From positions 62,001 through 126,000 of the forward strand of contig NIVC01002776.1 of NCBI GenBank assembly GCA_002269645.1: 64,000 nt of DNA, read 5' to 3'. The stretch's first letter is position 1. The number at the start of each line of letters is the position of its first letter. This stretch comes from Macrostomum lignano (taxonomy: Eukaryota). A program made the translations under genes and the position numbers. Shown here piece by piece: positions 11,894 to 24,587 of this stretch. The notes beneath the pieces are model-generated. The model worked only from the letters and a program-made list of their open reading frames with translations. It did not search any database and had not been told where the DNA came from.

Positions 11894-12842
11894 GCACGGA
11901 GTCGAAAATTGAAATGGTAATTTTCATTTTGTTGCGGTCAGTTAGGGTGCATGGATTCTATTATGCGTGAGAGTGACTTCAGATTTGTCCTTGATAGTTT
12001 GAGCTGAGTTACGATTTGTACCGACATGTACTCGTATAACTACTACTGTTAACCAATATTTGTACTCTCCACTTCGTATAAATTTCGGGCTCTAGAGAAA
12101 TGACGCTTACATGTAATTATTATATTTAGAAAAAGATGATGGCAAGATGACGCAACGGGCCAGGCTTACTAACACTAACGTCTGATTTCGAAATTTTGAC
12201 TTTGAGACAGTCTGTGTAGTGATTTGAGAGATCAAAGCTGTTCTGAACGAGTTAAACGGAGTCCGAACTTCATCAGCAGATCTGATCTTGAGAATAACAC
12301 GAATAAATGATTTTTCGAGAACGAGCAGTTCTAGGTTAGGGATTGGGTTAAGTTTAATTTTAAAATTAGGTTTAGGCTTAGATTGGTGCTGAATCTGGGG
12401 CAAACTGGCCGGTAGTCAATTGCCGAACACCTAGCCACCTTAGCAAGTCAAAATTAGCACTCTAATGAGAGGCGATTGCCCACCTCTGTCACTTCAAACC
12501 GCAACTTGCGCCACTGCGTTAGGCAAAAATTGAGGGAAGAAAGGGATAAACCGCATAACAACCCTTAGCGAAGGGCATGAACTACTCTCTTACTTCAATG
12601 GTGAGTGTCGCAAGTCGCCCCTCGCTAGGAATGCTGCTTGTGACTGTTGCGGAGTATACAGTACGTGTAGCTACGCTCACATGCATTCAGCAACATAGAA
12701 GAGTCGCCACATTGTATGCCAGTAAGCGACTTCTCTCGGACTGACGACTTTTCCGAATTAAGCATTGTAATTCGAATGTTGCTGCCAGGTTTGCGAAACT
12801 ACGCTCGTAAATATACAATTTTGTCATTTTTGCGTGGTGAAA

Positions 12843-14082
12843 GACAAAGGATGACAAAGGATCATCCTTGACAAAGGATGACAAAGGATGATCCTTGACA
12901 AAGGATGACAAAGGATCATCCTTGACAAAGGATGACAAAGGATCATCCTTGACAAAGGATGACAAAGGATCATCCTTGACAAAGATGACAAAGGATCATC
13001 CTTGACAAAGGATGACAAAGGATCATCCTTGACAAAGGATGACAAAGGATCATCCTTGACAAAGATGACAAAGGATCATCCTTGACAAAGGATGACAAAG
13101 GATCATCCTTGACAAAGGATCATCCTTGACAAAGGATGACAAAGGATCATCCTTGACAAAGGATGACAAAGGATCATCCTTGACAAAGGATGACAAAGGA
13201 TCATCCTTGACAAAGGATGACAAAGGATCATCCTTGACAAAGGATGACAAAGGATCATCCTTGACAAATGATGACAAAGGATCATCCTTGACAAAGATGA
13301 CAAAGGATCATCCTTGACAAAGGATGACAAAGGATCATCCTTGACAAAGATGACAAAGGATCATCCTTGACAAAGGATGACAAAGGATCATCCTTGACAA
13401 AGATGACAAAGGATCATCCTTGACAAAGGATGACAAAGGATCATCCTTGACAAAGGATGACAAAGGATCATCCTTGACAAAGGATGACAAAGGATCATCC
13501 TTGACAAAGGATGACAAAGGATCATCCTTGACAAAGGATGACAAAGGATCATCCTTGACAAAGGATGACAAAGGATCATCCTTGACAAAGATGACAAAGG
13601 ATCATCCTTGACAAAGGATGACAAAGGATCATCCTTGACAAAGATGACAAAGGATCATCCTTGACAAAGGATGACAAAGGATCATCCTTGACAAAGATGA
13701 CAAAGGATCATCCTTGACAAAGATGACAAAGGATCATCCTTGACAAAGGATGACAAAGGATCATCCTTGACAAAGGATGACAAAGGATCATCCTTGACAA
13801 AGATGACAAAGGATCATCCTTGACAAAGGATGACAAAGGATCATCCTTGACAAAGGATGACAAAGGATCATCCTTGACAAAGGATGACAAAGGATCATCC
13901 TTGACAAAGATGACAAAGGATCATCCTTGACAAAGATGACAAAGGATCATCCTTGACAAAGGATGACAAAGGATCATCCTTGACAAAGATGACAAAGGAT
14001 CATCCTTGACAAAGGATGACAAAGGATCATCCTTGACAAAGATGACAAAGGATCATCCTTGACAAATATGACAAAAGGATCA
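12843..14082. repeat. 27-bp satellite (GACAAAGGAT-CATCCTT-GACAAAGGAT) with 26-bp variants, ~46 copies
   Basis: Direct periodicity. Each unit contains the interrupted palindrome AAGGAT-C-ATCCTT. Confidence 0.95.
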
Positions 14083-15170
14083 AAGCGCGAGAGGAAAAGG
14101 AGAAAGGAAACGCAAACAGAAGAAGCAACAGAAAGAGAGAAATAAAACTTAAGAAGTCTGAACTACTGAAGCAAACTAAGTCGCAACTGGAGCCAACCAG
14201 TAAGGCCAGTTCATTAGTACCACTCACTAGTAGCTCCGTGGGGCCAAAGATTTCTCAAATCAATTTTAAGACAGGTCTGAGCAATCTTCGACCTGTGGAG
14301 CTGTACATGAGCCGGCCTTTATACCTTGTAGTGACGAAATGCTTTTTTTATAACCATGTAGTTTCAAAGAGTTCATCAGTTTTTTCTTTCCACAGCTACA
14401 AATTAACGTTACTTACATTTCAGGCCGCGTCCTGCTCAGGAAGTTCCACTAAATTAATTTATAGAATTCAATTTCAACTTTATAGATATAACTTTTTAAA
14501 GAAATCAAAATGAAAACAAAATAACTTTTCTCAACTGAACTGAACAAGGACTGAATGAAGTCGGGTACCTGCCTCGCTGTCTAGTGTCAGACCTCAATCA
14601 TATATTCCTACACTGCAATACACCCGCCATTATATTCACAGAGCACACATTATCTGGCTGTCAGCAAGCAAAGCTTCTATTTGCCAAAAATCGCGGTGGC
14701 CGGGTCAAGCTTAGACAGCCCTGCTGCCAACTAATTAAAGCCGAAGCATGACCCCCCCCCCCCCTATAGCTGCCATTGATAAAGGCATTTTGATAGCCAA
14801 GCCAAACTGCTAGGGCCAACACACCGGCACTACCGCAAGCTGTGTTTACAAAGATAATTAAGTTTATCCCCCAATAATTCGTGTGCATATTGAAAGACCA
14901 TACTGCTAGGAATGGTCGAGTTATATAACGCAAACCAAACTGAACTGGAGACAGGTGCGAGTTCTGTCAATAAAATAAAATAAACAAGAAACAGTGGAAC
15001 ACACTGAAAACTTGATTGATTTTTTTTCATTCCAAGCCAGCCTGATGAGGCTGTTATCATTCAGACTCTGAATTTTGTTTGCATCTCAACTTTTATTGTC
15101 CCCGATGCTCCACACGGCTACCAGTTAGCGCTCTCAATCCATGGTCTCTCTTATCGAAATCGGATCCGTT

Positions 15171-16555
15171 TTAATCCTCGTCAGCGTCCTCGCCACCCTT
15201 GGTGCCCTCGCGGGCGTTCTTCCTCTTGACTCGGCCGGGCCGGCCGCCGCCCAGCGGGCTCTTCAACGAGAAGTCAATGTGCTTCTGGCTGTCCAGGCGC
15301 ACCATGAAGGACGGCACGTTCACCATCTGGCGGCGCACGCGGATGTGGCGCTGGCGGATCAGCACGCGGGCGTGGTGGATGCTCTTGGCCAGGCCGAGCT
15401 TCAGCACCTGCGCCGGGGCGGAGAATGGGGAAAGGGAGGGGTAGCTGGATTGTTGGCTGCGGGTGCGGTACTGCTGTGGGCTCGCGGCCCCACAAGTTCA
15501 CTTGCAGACACGGTAGTGACCCTCAGATCCACTTGCAGACTCGGTAGTGACCCTCAGATCCACTTGCAGACACGGTAGTGACCCTCAGATCCACTTTCAG
15601 ACTCGGTAGTGACCCTCAGATCCACTTGCAGACTCGGTAGTGACCCTCAGATCCACTTTCAGACTCGGTAGTGACCCTCAGATCCACCTGCAGACTCGGT
15701 AGTGACCCTCAGATCCACTTGCAGACTCGGTAGTGACCCTCAGATCCACTTTCAGACTCGGTAGTGACCCTCAGATCAACTTGCAGACACGGTAGTGACC
15801 CTCAGATCCACTTGCAGACACGGTAGTGACCCTCAGATCCACTTGCAGACACGGTAGTGACCCTCAGATCCACTTGCAGACACGGTAGTGACCCTCAGAT
15901 CCACTTGCAGACACGGTAGTGACCCTCAGATCCACTTGCAGACACAGCAGTGACCCACAGATTCCCTCGCAGACACAGCAGTGCCCCACAGATTCCCTCG
16001 CAGACACAGCAGTGCCCCACAGATTCCCTCGCAGACACAGCAGTGCCCCACAGATTCCCTCGCAGACACAGCAGTGCCCCACAGATTCCCTCGCAGACAC
16101 GGTATGATCCTTAGGCAGTGACTCAACAGTTTTCCGTCACACCCACTCTTAGACGGGGTGAATCAGAGCTCATATGTGAATCGAGCCATACAGACCCATG
16201 ACAAGGCGGCAATACTCACCTGGGTCTGCAGCCGGCGCTCAAGGAAGTCCTCAATCTTGAGGCCCAGCACGTAATCCAGCTTCATCTTGTCCTCCTGCAG
16301 CACGCCGATTCGAACCAAGCGACGCAACAGCGCGTTGCCCTCGAACAGGCGCCTGGGATCTTTCTCCTCAAGCGTGAGCAGCTCCCGGGCGGCCTTGCGG
16401 ATCTTGGCCAGGGTGTACTTGACGCGCCACACCTCGCGCTTGTTCTTCAGGCCGTACATACCGATGAGCTTCAGCTCGGCGTCCAGGCGCTCCTTCTCGA
16501 AGGGCCGACGAGGCGTCGAGTAGGTTTTGGAGTAGATTCGGGGCACGCGACTCAT
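15171..16555 (-). CDS. RPS9: 40S ribosomal protein S9 (uS4); exons 16555-16220 and 15407-15171
   Basis: [32 protein letters not shown]...ERRLQTQ|[24 protein letters not shown]...[28 protein letters not shown] is an unmistakable RPS9. Intron GTGAGT..GCAG, phase 0. Confidence 0.98.
15497..16103. repeat. 31-bp bipartite satellite inside the RPS9 intron (subtype 1 to ~15940, subtype 2 after)
   Basis: CGGTAGTGACCCTCAGATCCACTTGCAGACA grades into CAGCAGTGCCCCACAGATTCCCTCGCAGACA. Confidence 0.95.
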
Positions 16556-17642
16556 GGCTGCTGAGGGAGCGGCAGTTGGCAAGAGATGGCCAAGTTAATC
16601 AGATTGAATGTCGCAGCGGCAATGAGTGTCATTTGAGAAATGCTCTCGCTAATATAAGCTAGACATGTCTCAATGTCATCTCAAATGCGCTAATGCCATC
16701 TAGCAATGGGCTAATGCCATCTAGCAATGGGCTAATGCTATATAGCAATGGGCTAATGCCATCGAGATTATTTAAGACCAATAAAAAATATCCCAGATCC
16801 TAGATGTTAAGGCACTACTAAATATCTAAATTCTACCTGTATCCATACTGTACATATCAGACACGTTAAATCTACTTAAAGTAGACTATGGACTGAAAGT
16901 GGTTAGAATTGAAATGACAAAGTCAAAGAAAAGATCCCAAGACAACGCAAAAATCCCTTCGAAAAAATGCTCAATAATTGACAATAGCTCAGAAATACGC
17001 AACAGTATAATTGGTAAAAATTATGAGACTGTCAATTTGTCACTCGAATGCCAACGCATACAGGATCGCACAAGGTGCACTTGAGCACAAGGAATGGACT
17101 CAGTCAATAAAGAAAATTCAAGACAGCATTGTCTATGCATTGCTTAAAGCCATCTGCCAAGGCACAAGTTTAGATAAGCGGTAAAGTAATACACAACAAT
17201 TGCATCAAAGTCCCAAAAGAGCCAGTTGGAAAAGGAACAACAGTGAGTACAGGGTCGATCTAAATATTGCAAAAGCTTGGTCAGGTGCTACTCTGACATA
17301 AATATTGCGTATATATTATAACATCTGCATTTAATTAAAGTAAAATGGAAAAAAGTACTCTTTGAACTCTTACACGGATTTAAACAGTAGCGAGGACAAT
17401 AAAATGACAATAAAAATGGATAAGCAAACACACAATTCAGGAAGAACTATGCATGGGAGACAGATCCCACAGACCGCAACGAAAGAAAGACTGCTATGTT
17501 ATGAAATCTGGACAATTTATAGACTTATAATAATACAATAATAGTTGAAAATATGACTCGTGAAAACAATAATTATATTACAGAATGAGAATTAATCAGA
17601 ATCAAATATTTGAGTTAAAAAACTTCATCAGAACTATCTGGC

Positions 17643-17867
17643 TCATCGCAGGAATATGACATACACTGCCATGAGCAGGCAGCAGACAGACACGGGAACA
17701 TGCAGTCTGATGCCAATCACGGCCGCCTTGTACAGCACGCCCCAGATGCCCGACTTGTCAGTGAAGCACCAGTCCTTCAGCTTTGGGACTCGCTTCATGT
17801 AGGCGCAGGTGCAGATAAACAACAGCATTGCCACCAGCACGCCATCAAAGCTGTAGATGTTTGTCAT
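17643..17867 (-). CDS. TMEM167B: Protein kish-B, 74 aa, single coding exon
   Basis: MTNIYSFDGVLVAMLLFICTCAYMKRVPKLKDW...GIWGVLYKAAVIGIRLH matches the kish-B pattern as I recall it (MTNVYSLDG...CTCAY...GVFYKAAVIGTRLH). Confidence 0.93.
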   Translation of the reverse strand: MTNIYSFDGVLVAMLLFICTCAYMKRVPKLKDWCFTDKSGIWGVLYKAAVIGIRLHVPVSVCCLLMAVYVIFLR

Positions 17868-18863
17868 TGCAAAGCACTCGCCAATCTGCAACAATGTTGG
17901 CAATGAATTGGATCTGCGTGCGCCATGTAGCATCATACATTAATCTATTATTTCTAAAGCAAAAAATTATAATACCGAATTGAAAACCAGAATGCCAGCT
18001 GGTATCAGTTGAAAAAAAATCAAAATAAAATCAATAAAAACATCCTTCTGGGGACCTGTGTGGATGACATCCTATCAAGATAGACCCCTGTGTTTTATAT
18101 TTTTACAGTTGCTGCTCCCACACTATAATTTTTTGCTATCCTATACTGTCGCCTTGATGAATCAATTGATAAAAGGGAGATGAAAAATGTAAAAAATAGG
18201 TAAAAGTGAAAATTATTTATTTTTTTTATTATTATTATTTTTTAGGTTTTACTTTTTTGGCATGCCAAGACAGTTAAGCATGTGGATAAGTATGCTGCTT
18301 GAATGGGCTTTTGACTACAAAACAGATTGATTCAATTTTTTAGCCCATGGCTACCAGAAGAAATGACAATACTAGTACAAGCAAACCCCCAAGCTCAAGT
18401 TATAGAAGCTAAACTATGTCATTCTTCCTTAGCTATCAAAAAGCACAAATTATTTGCAAAGTTTGACAATGCTTGTTACCTTATAGCCAAATTGCAATGA
18501 ATTTTTGCTGCATATGAAACATTGCATTATAACTTTTGTAATTCTTGCAATGGATTCTTTAGCTTAAGATTTGACGAGTCAAACAATCATTTTCAAATTA
18601 TTATTAAGGTGCAAAGATTTTTGTTATAAATTTCTTCATTTTAATCAAATGACAAGCAGCTTTATTCTATTCTTTGAAATACTTTTTAGATGACAAATGA
18701 AGAGGCAACCTTTGTATAAGGCTTGAGGCTTGACTTGGTATAATTCTACCCCCTAACCTTTGTTCTAGTTCTAGCCATATTTTTTTAAGGAAATAACATT
18801 TTGTCAGATTTCAAAAAAGTCATAAAACTATAAAATAATTATCTATTCAATGACATATGTTAC

Positions 18864-19161
18864 CATACATGCGCAACAGTCGGCCGAGTCGGCCGATCCG
18901 GCCGACCGATCTGGCGGCCAACCAAGGAAGTCGCAAAAATGCCCACCTGAAAAAATAACCAAGTAGTAGTACTAAGTAGCTGACGAGGCATTTTGGCTTA
19001 ATAAGACAGTCATAGTTACTCCTGCCGTTTACCCAAAGTTGCGTTAATTTTGCTTTAGGGTTTTTTTACATGTAAGTCGCATTTTTGGCCAAAAACTACG
19101 TCGCATTTTTGTTGAAACTAAGTCGCATGGCCGACCAAATTTCGGAGGTTGCTCATGTATG
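18864..19161. mobile_element. 298-bp non-autonomous DNA transposon (MITE), hAT-like
   Basis: 14-bp TIRs CATACATGCGCAAC / GTTGCTCATGTATG (one mismatch). An exact 8-bp TSD TATGTTAC lies at 18856-18863 and 19162-19169. Subterminal GGCCGA and AAGTCGCA motifs are repeated. Confidence 0.88.
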
Positions 19162-20878
19162 TATGTTACATTAAATTCCAATTTTGCAGTCAGTCTATAG
19201 ATCATTTTATCTATTTTTTTGGGATACTCATCAGATTAAATTTTATAGTTATTTAGAAAGTTTTTTTAAAAGAAAGATTTTTTTTATTTCTATATATTCT
19301 TCAATAATTTTCCTTAGAAAAATATAATTTATATAGTATTAATAAATATAAATTTGGCTGTCAACTTTTATGTTTACTTTTTTATTAATTATTTTGCTAT
19401 GCTATATACATTTAAATGTTTATTGTGAAAGATTAAATTAACAGATTAAGTCATACAGAATTTTTTTAATTAACTATATATAAAAATATTTTATGAAAAT
19501 AGTATGATGAATGCAAGCATTGGTACTAGCAAATATGCATTTTTGTTCTTCATGTTCTAAAGACTTAGAAGTGCAGATTTTGCTATAAGAAGCTGCAATG
19601 AATTTGCTTGAATTTTTAGTTGCAAAACTGAGAAATTTTACTTTTTTAAGCAGCAAAAATTTTTAACAAAATTGTCAAATTTTGTGAAATAAATTTTGTA
19701 TTAGCTTCTATATTATCTTTAATATTGTGAGCAAGTAATAGCTGGCAATGCCTGTTAACTTTAATTTATTAAATCTATTCTAATTATAGTTCCTATAAAA
19801 AAACATTTTTGGAAGGGGAAGGAAGGCAGAATTCTAGCAACCCTTTTGTGTTCAATTGACAAAAAATACTGCATTGCAATTATAATAAACAATCCTTACA
19901 ATGTAATTTAGTGTCTAGGTTTTGGATTTCTTAAGGACAATCATCAAGTATTCTTCATTTATTTATTATTTATCAATGAGAAAATTAGCTGAAAGTAATA
20001 GACATCTGCATGTATTCCATATTATATATAGTAGCAACATTTAAATATAGTATTTAACAAAGATAAATCTATAAACAAGTGAAGCCGGGTAAGTAATAAT
20101 ACATTTTAGATATATCATTTCTATTAATTTATAATTTTACAAATTAAAGCATGCATTAAAAAACTTTTTAATACATAAAATGCAGCTTTTTTTATAACAT
20201 TCAGAAAAGTTGACAAAATAGTTACAAAAAAATGAAATAGATTATAGAAAAGTAAATGGTATAGTTGATAGAAAAATTGATAAAGTTTTTCAGCTTGTAA
20301 ATAGTCCTACATTAAAAAGCATAGTACTACATTCGACAAAAAATCTTGACTTGAAAAAAAGATCATTATAGGCTATTAGTCAATGGTTTAATAGCCCAAA
20401 AACTTTGAGAATTCAATTTAACTTTGGTAATATTGCCACAAGTTTCAACTGCTGTAACCATAGCCATAAGAAAAAAGCAATTTCTATAGCTGAATTTTCC
20501 TGTCATTATAGGGCTATTTTGTATAGAAAATTATAGTACATATAAAAAACCAAGACAGAATAGAGAAAAACAGCAGTAATAGAGATAAAGAAGTATAAAT
20601 TAAATAGATATAGATTATAGAAATAGAAATATAACATACTATTACTAAACTACTCTTGCTTTTATATTTGTATATTTATATATTGATATAGTTATTTATT
20701 AACTATACTTGTACACATACACTTGACTTGACTTAATACTTGGATTAGATTAGCATAAAGTGCAAGTGCAACAAAAACAAGCAAGACAACTAGATAAGCA
20801 AATAAAATAAACTTCAAAAAACTTTCTAAAAACTTCAATTTTTTTTCAAAACTTCAAAGTGTTAATTATCTACATGTA

Positions 20879-21415
20879 CGAGGGGAAGTAAAAAAGTAAA
20901 GATAGTTTTGTTGTAACGCTTAAAATATAAGAGGTATTGAAATGCAACTGGTTTTGTTTGAAAAAACATCTTTTGTTCTTAATTTGACAGAGTTTTGGTT
21001 CTTCTAGAGTGATTGATTTCTACATGATGACGCTCTAATCACAGTATCCCTATCAGCAACAGAAAATTCAAAAATCGAAGCTTGCACTAAGGTGAAGTTT
21101 CTTGTAAAACTTGGTTGGTAGACAGCCAAAATCATTGATGCTTTGAAGGTCTATATGGACACTGCTCCACCAGATCCAACCATTTACTGCTGGATTTAGG
21201 CTTTTAAGGAAGGCCGAGAGTCCATGGAAATGCCCAGTGGTTGGGAAGGCCCACGACATCGCGCACAGAGGAAAATGTGGCAGCTGTACAGCAGGTACTT
21301 GAGCAGGATCGGTGCGTGACCATAGACAATATTGCTGACCAAGTGGCCATCTCTCATGGCAGTGCTTATTTCATTGTGATGGACTGTCTTGGTCTGAGCA
21401 AGCTGAGTGCCCTTG
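20879..21415 (+). mobile_element. 5' remnant of a mariner (irritans/Hsmar2-like) element; pseudogenised transposase N-terminus
   Basis: TA|CGAGGGGAAGTAAAAAAGT left TIR. Translation NSKIEACTKVKFLVKLGW*TAKIIDALKVY...IYCWI*AFKEGRES/GRPTTSRTEENVAAVQQVLEQDRCVTIDNIA...ISHGSAYFIVMDCLGLSKLSA. Stops at 21119 and 21197, frameshift near 21235. No catalytic domain or right TIR found. Confidence 0.88.
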
Positions 21416-23159
21416 GTATACAATCATTAACGTACAATTCTTAACTATACATGCCATAGTCCAGATCATGCTAGGTGCACAACCAAACAAAAATTGAATA
21501 ATTACAAATGCACGCTAGAAAAAATGTAGTGCACAACCATTCTCAAAAATACGTGGTGTTGCGACAATAAATGACTTTTTTACATTGTAACAAAAAATAT
21601 TTTTTTAAATTGCATAATAGACCCTTATTACCAGATAATTTGGTTGCTTTTTATGCTTTTTGGCAATACTATTTATAGCAGGAAATTTATACATGCAAAG
21701 ATTTGTTTAAATGCCCTTTTACAAGCTTGAAAAAACCAGAAAGCTTAAAATTTGCACTTAAAAATGAACTAAATTGATTATTTATGTAACTATTTTGTTT
21801 TACTAATTATTTTTATTTTTAAATGATATACATTTTGTTTTTTTGCAGCACAATTTTTATTCACCATGTCTAATGCTTGTTGCATTGGTTATATGCTTAT
21901 TAATCATACAATTTTTAGTGGCATACAATTTACTAGAACACTTAATTAGTGTAATTTACTAGCGTACATTTACTAGATAGCTAAATACTTTCTGACATAC
22001 ATGTAACACAACACGATCCGCAATATGGACCATAATGATAGTGGAACAAAACTGGTTAATTTTTTAATGAAATGAAATAGAAAGAACATATACTATATAT
22101 ACTACTTATAAGTAGAAAACAAAAGTAAAAAAGACAAAGTAGATTGTAAATTCCAAATTCTAAAGATTCCAAAAGCCATGACCCTAAAATTTTTGTAATG
22201 CCTAGGATTGGAAAAGATATACATGCATATACCAAGCATAGGCCTACATTTAGTTTTAGTTCTAAGTCTTGCTAGAAATATTTGCTAGCAAGAAACCTTT
22301 GATAAGATTTGGGAGTAGGACCAGTAAATAATAAGGAATATCTTAGAATCTTAGATATATACTTAAACTAGGCCCCTAATATTAATACTTACAAGTTAGA
22401 ATTTAGATCTATAGACTATACCCAGATTAATACTTAGATAAATGCTAAGAATTATGCTTGGACATAGAGGTTAATTATAGGCCTAGCAAGTACAATTTTG
22501 GTGATAGCTATGTAAGATTCAACGAGAAAAGTTTAGACCTATTAAAACTTGGTGGATTAATGATAAGATTAGTTCAAAAATAGAAACATTTTGGAAGAGT
22601 AGAAGCTAACCTCTTTAACAACTTTGGACTTGTGGCATAAGATAATTGAGATTTTTGTAAGATAGTACTAAGTAAGACCCATAGTTTGGAAGGCGACATG
22701 TACGCCGGGATTTCCTGGCATACAGCAAAGGTCTCACAACTATAACAAGATTACTTAGTTTGCTTAGTTTTTACATAGTTACAAGATTACTATTCAAGAT
22801 TTTGACTTCGGATTTCGAGTCCTCAGATGACGATTCAGTTTTAAAAAGGTGAAAGCCTGAGTCAATGTAAAACAAAGTAAATTAAATGCACAGCTTATTT
22901 ATTAGTCAGAAACGCATCAAATAATAAATTATTTGCGACTGTTAGTTTTTACGTTTTGTAACTACTACTATCCTTTACAGCTAAAAGGTTGTAGATAGAA
23001 ATTCCGGGTGCAAACTTAAAAAAAATTATCCCGATATAATTGTAATAGTGCTCAATTTGCGTGCGCGTGCACTTCTAGTGTTTTCGGTTGTTTTCTCCGT
23101 ATTTCTTTCTGCGTCACCCCACCCCTGCGTATAGCCTTTCGCAAAATTTCTTTTCGTTT

Positions 23160-23310
23160 CTTATTGGCTGTAAACGCGTGAATAACGAGCCCTAACCAAT
23201 AGAGTGCTTAGTGCCTACCCTGTCGGCGAAATCCGATTGGTTAGGATTTTCTAAGCTGCGTTTTTCACCCTTCCCTCCCCCATCGCGGTTAGTCTATATA
23301 ATCAAGCAAG
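23160..23310 (+). promoter_or_regulatory. Promoter-like cluster (three CCAAT/ATTGG boxes plus TATA-like CTATATAA), ~1.3 kb upstream of the WIP-like ATG
   Basis: ATTGG ~23164, CCAAT ~23197, GATTGG ~23236, TCTATATAA ~23293. It marks the end of the AT-rich island. Assignment to the WIP-like gene is inferred. Confidence 0.35.
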
Positions 23311-24587
23311 CTGGAACGCAAATAAATCAAGTGTCTCCGGCTAAAGAAGTCCACGGAAATTCAAACTCAAGAATACGCGGCTACATAATTCTGATAGTTC
23401 AACAAGAAACTTGTACTTTTAGTTTAGAAAATGCAAGCTAATTTAGTATGCGCTTTTTCTGTTTCCATCGCAACTTAGTCGGTAAATTTTTCCTATTATA
23501 GACTTTCACTTTACCTCACCACAAGTTCTAAATCTTTTAGAGTAGGATGATTTTCTTGTCTGGAATTTCTCTACCCATTGTTTTGTAAATAAATAATTAC
23601 TTATTTATAGGGCAGGATTTATAATAAATTATTTATATGACATAAGTAATTGTTTTACTTCAATTTATTGATCCGAGAAGCATCTATAAATGCTTGTTAA
23701 ATAAGGCCATTTTTCCAGGCGTTTATCGTTGGTTCTTAATTTTTCGCTGTATTTAATTCCTGATCGAGAGTATCTCAAAATACATAAAATCACATGTGAC
23801 ACGACTGAATTATTGCTTCAAGTATCAGGAAAAAACAAGGTGCCGACTTACGAGTATCCATGCACTACGTCAATACGCTCGTTATTTCAGAAAGTTGATG
23901 GAACATGAAACTCAAGTTGAGGATATAATTTTTGTCTTTTGTAAGTCTTAATTTATTTGCTTAACTGCATCTTGCTTTCTGTTATGGAGCTTACATTCAT
24001 TAATAATATCCTTATCATTAATAACACGAAATATGAGTACAAGAAATCAAGGACCAAACATGAATTGTACCAAAACGTATACGTGCTTGCGGCCGTGCGA
24101 TGAATGAAATTATTGGCAGAAAGACCATAACGCCGGTAAGAAGAAAAGCATTATGTTTATACCCGTATTCATAAATGCAATTTAAAACTAAATGCATGTA
24201 TGCATGTTGATCGGGTGCACTGAGATACGCTGCCAGCACATTCTGCGCTATAAAGCAGAACAACAGACTAAACTGCCCAATATGAATTTAACGGAGCGCC
24301 ACTTGTATGTAATTTGCGACCCGTACAATCAAATGCGCATATATTAACCAAATCTAGGCTAAAGATGGTGCATAGCGGGCGCGGCTTTATATAGCCAGAG
24401 CGTCGGATGCAATACAGGTTTCACCTGTATGGCTCATTTGCGGCTGCAGCTCGCCCGTTCAAGCACAGTTTTAATTTGCACAGAAGTTTGTATATTAATA
24501 GTATTTATTAAGCTGGCTTTTCAAGCCCTTTGAACCATAAGCGTCTGATTTGGTAGTCAAGAGAGCTGACTGAACCAGCAGACAGCC

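Noticed and set aside
12325-12385. Telomere-like TTAGGG-type stretch
   Set aside because: Short and degenerate with no true array. It may be a TE-internal simple repeat, but no element boundaries were found.
12687-14227. TKDDKGSSL / SSFVKDDPL repeat ORFs
   Set aside because: Satellite translation; the 26-bp variants break the frame repeatedly.
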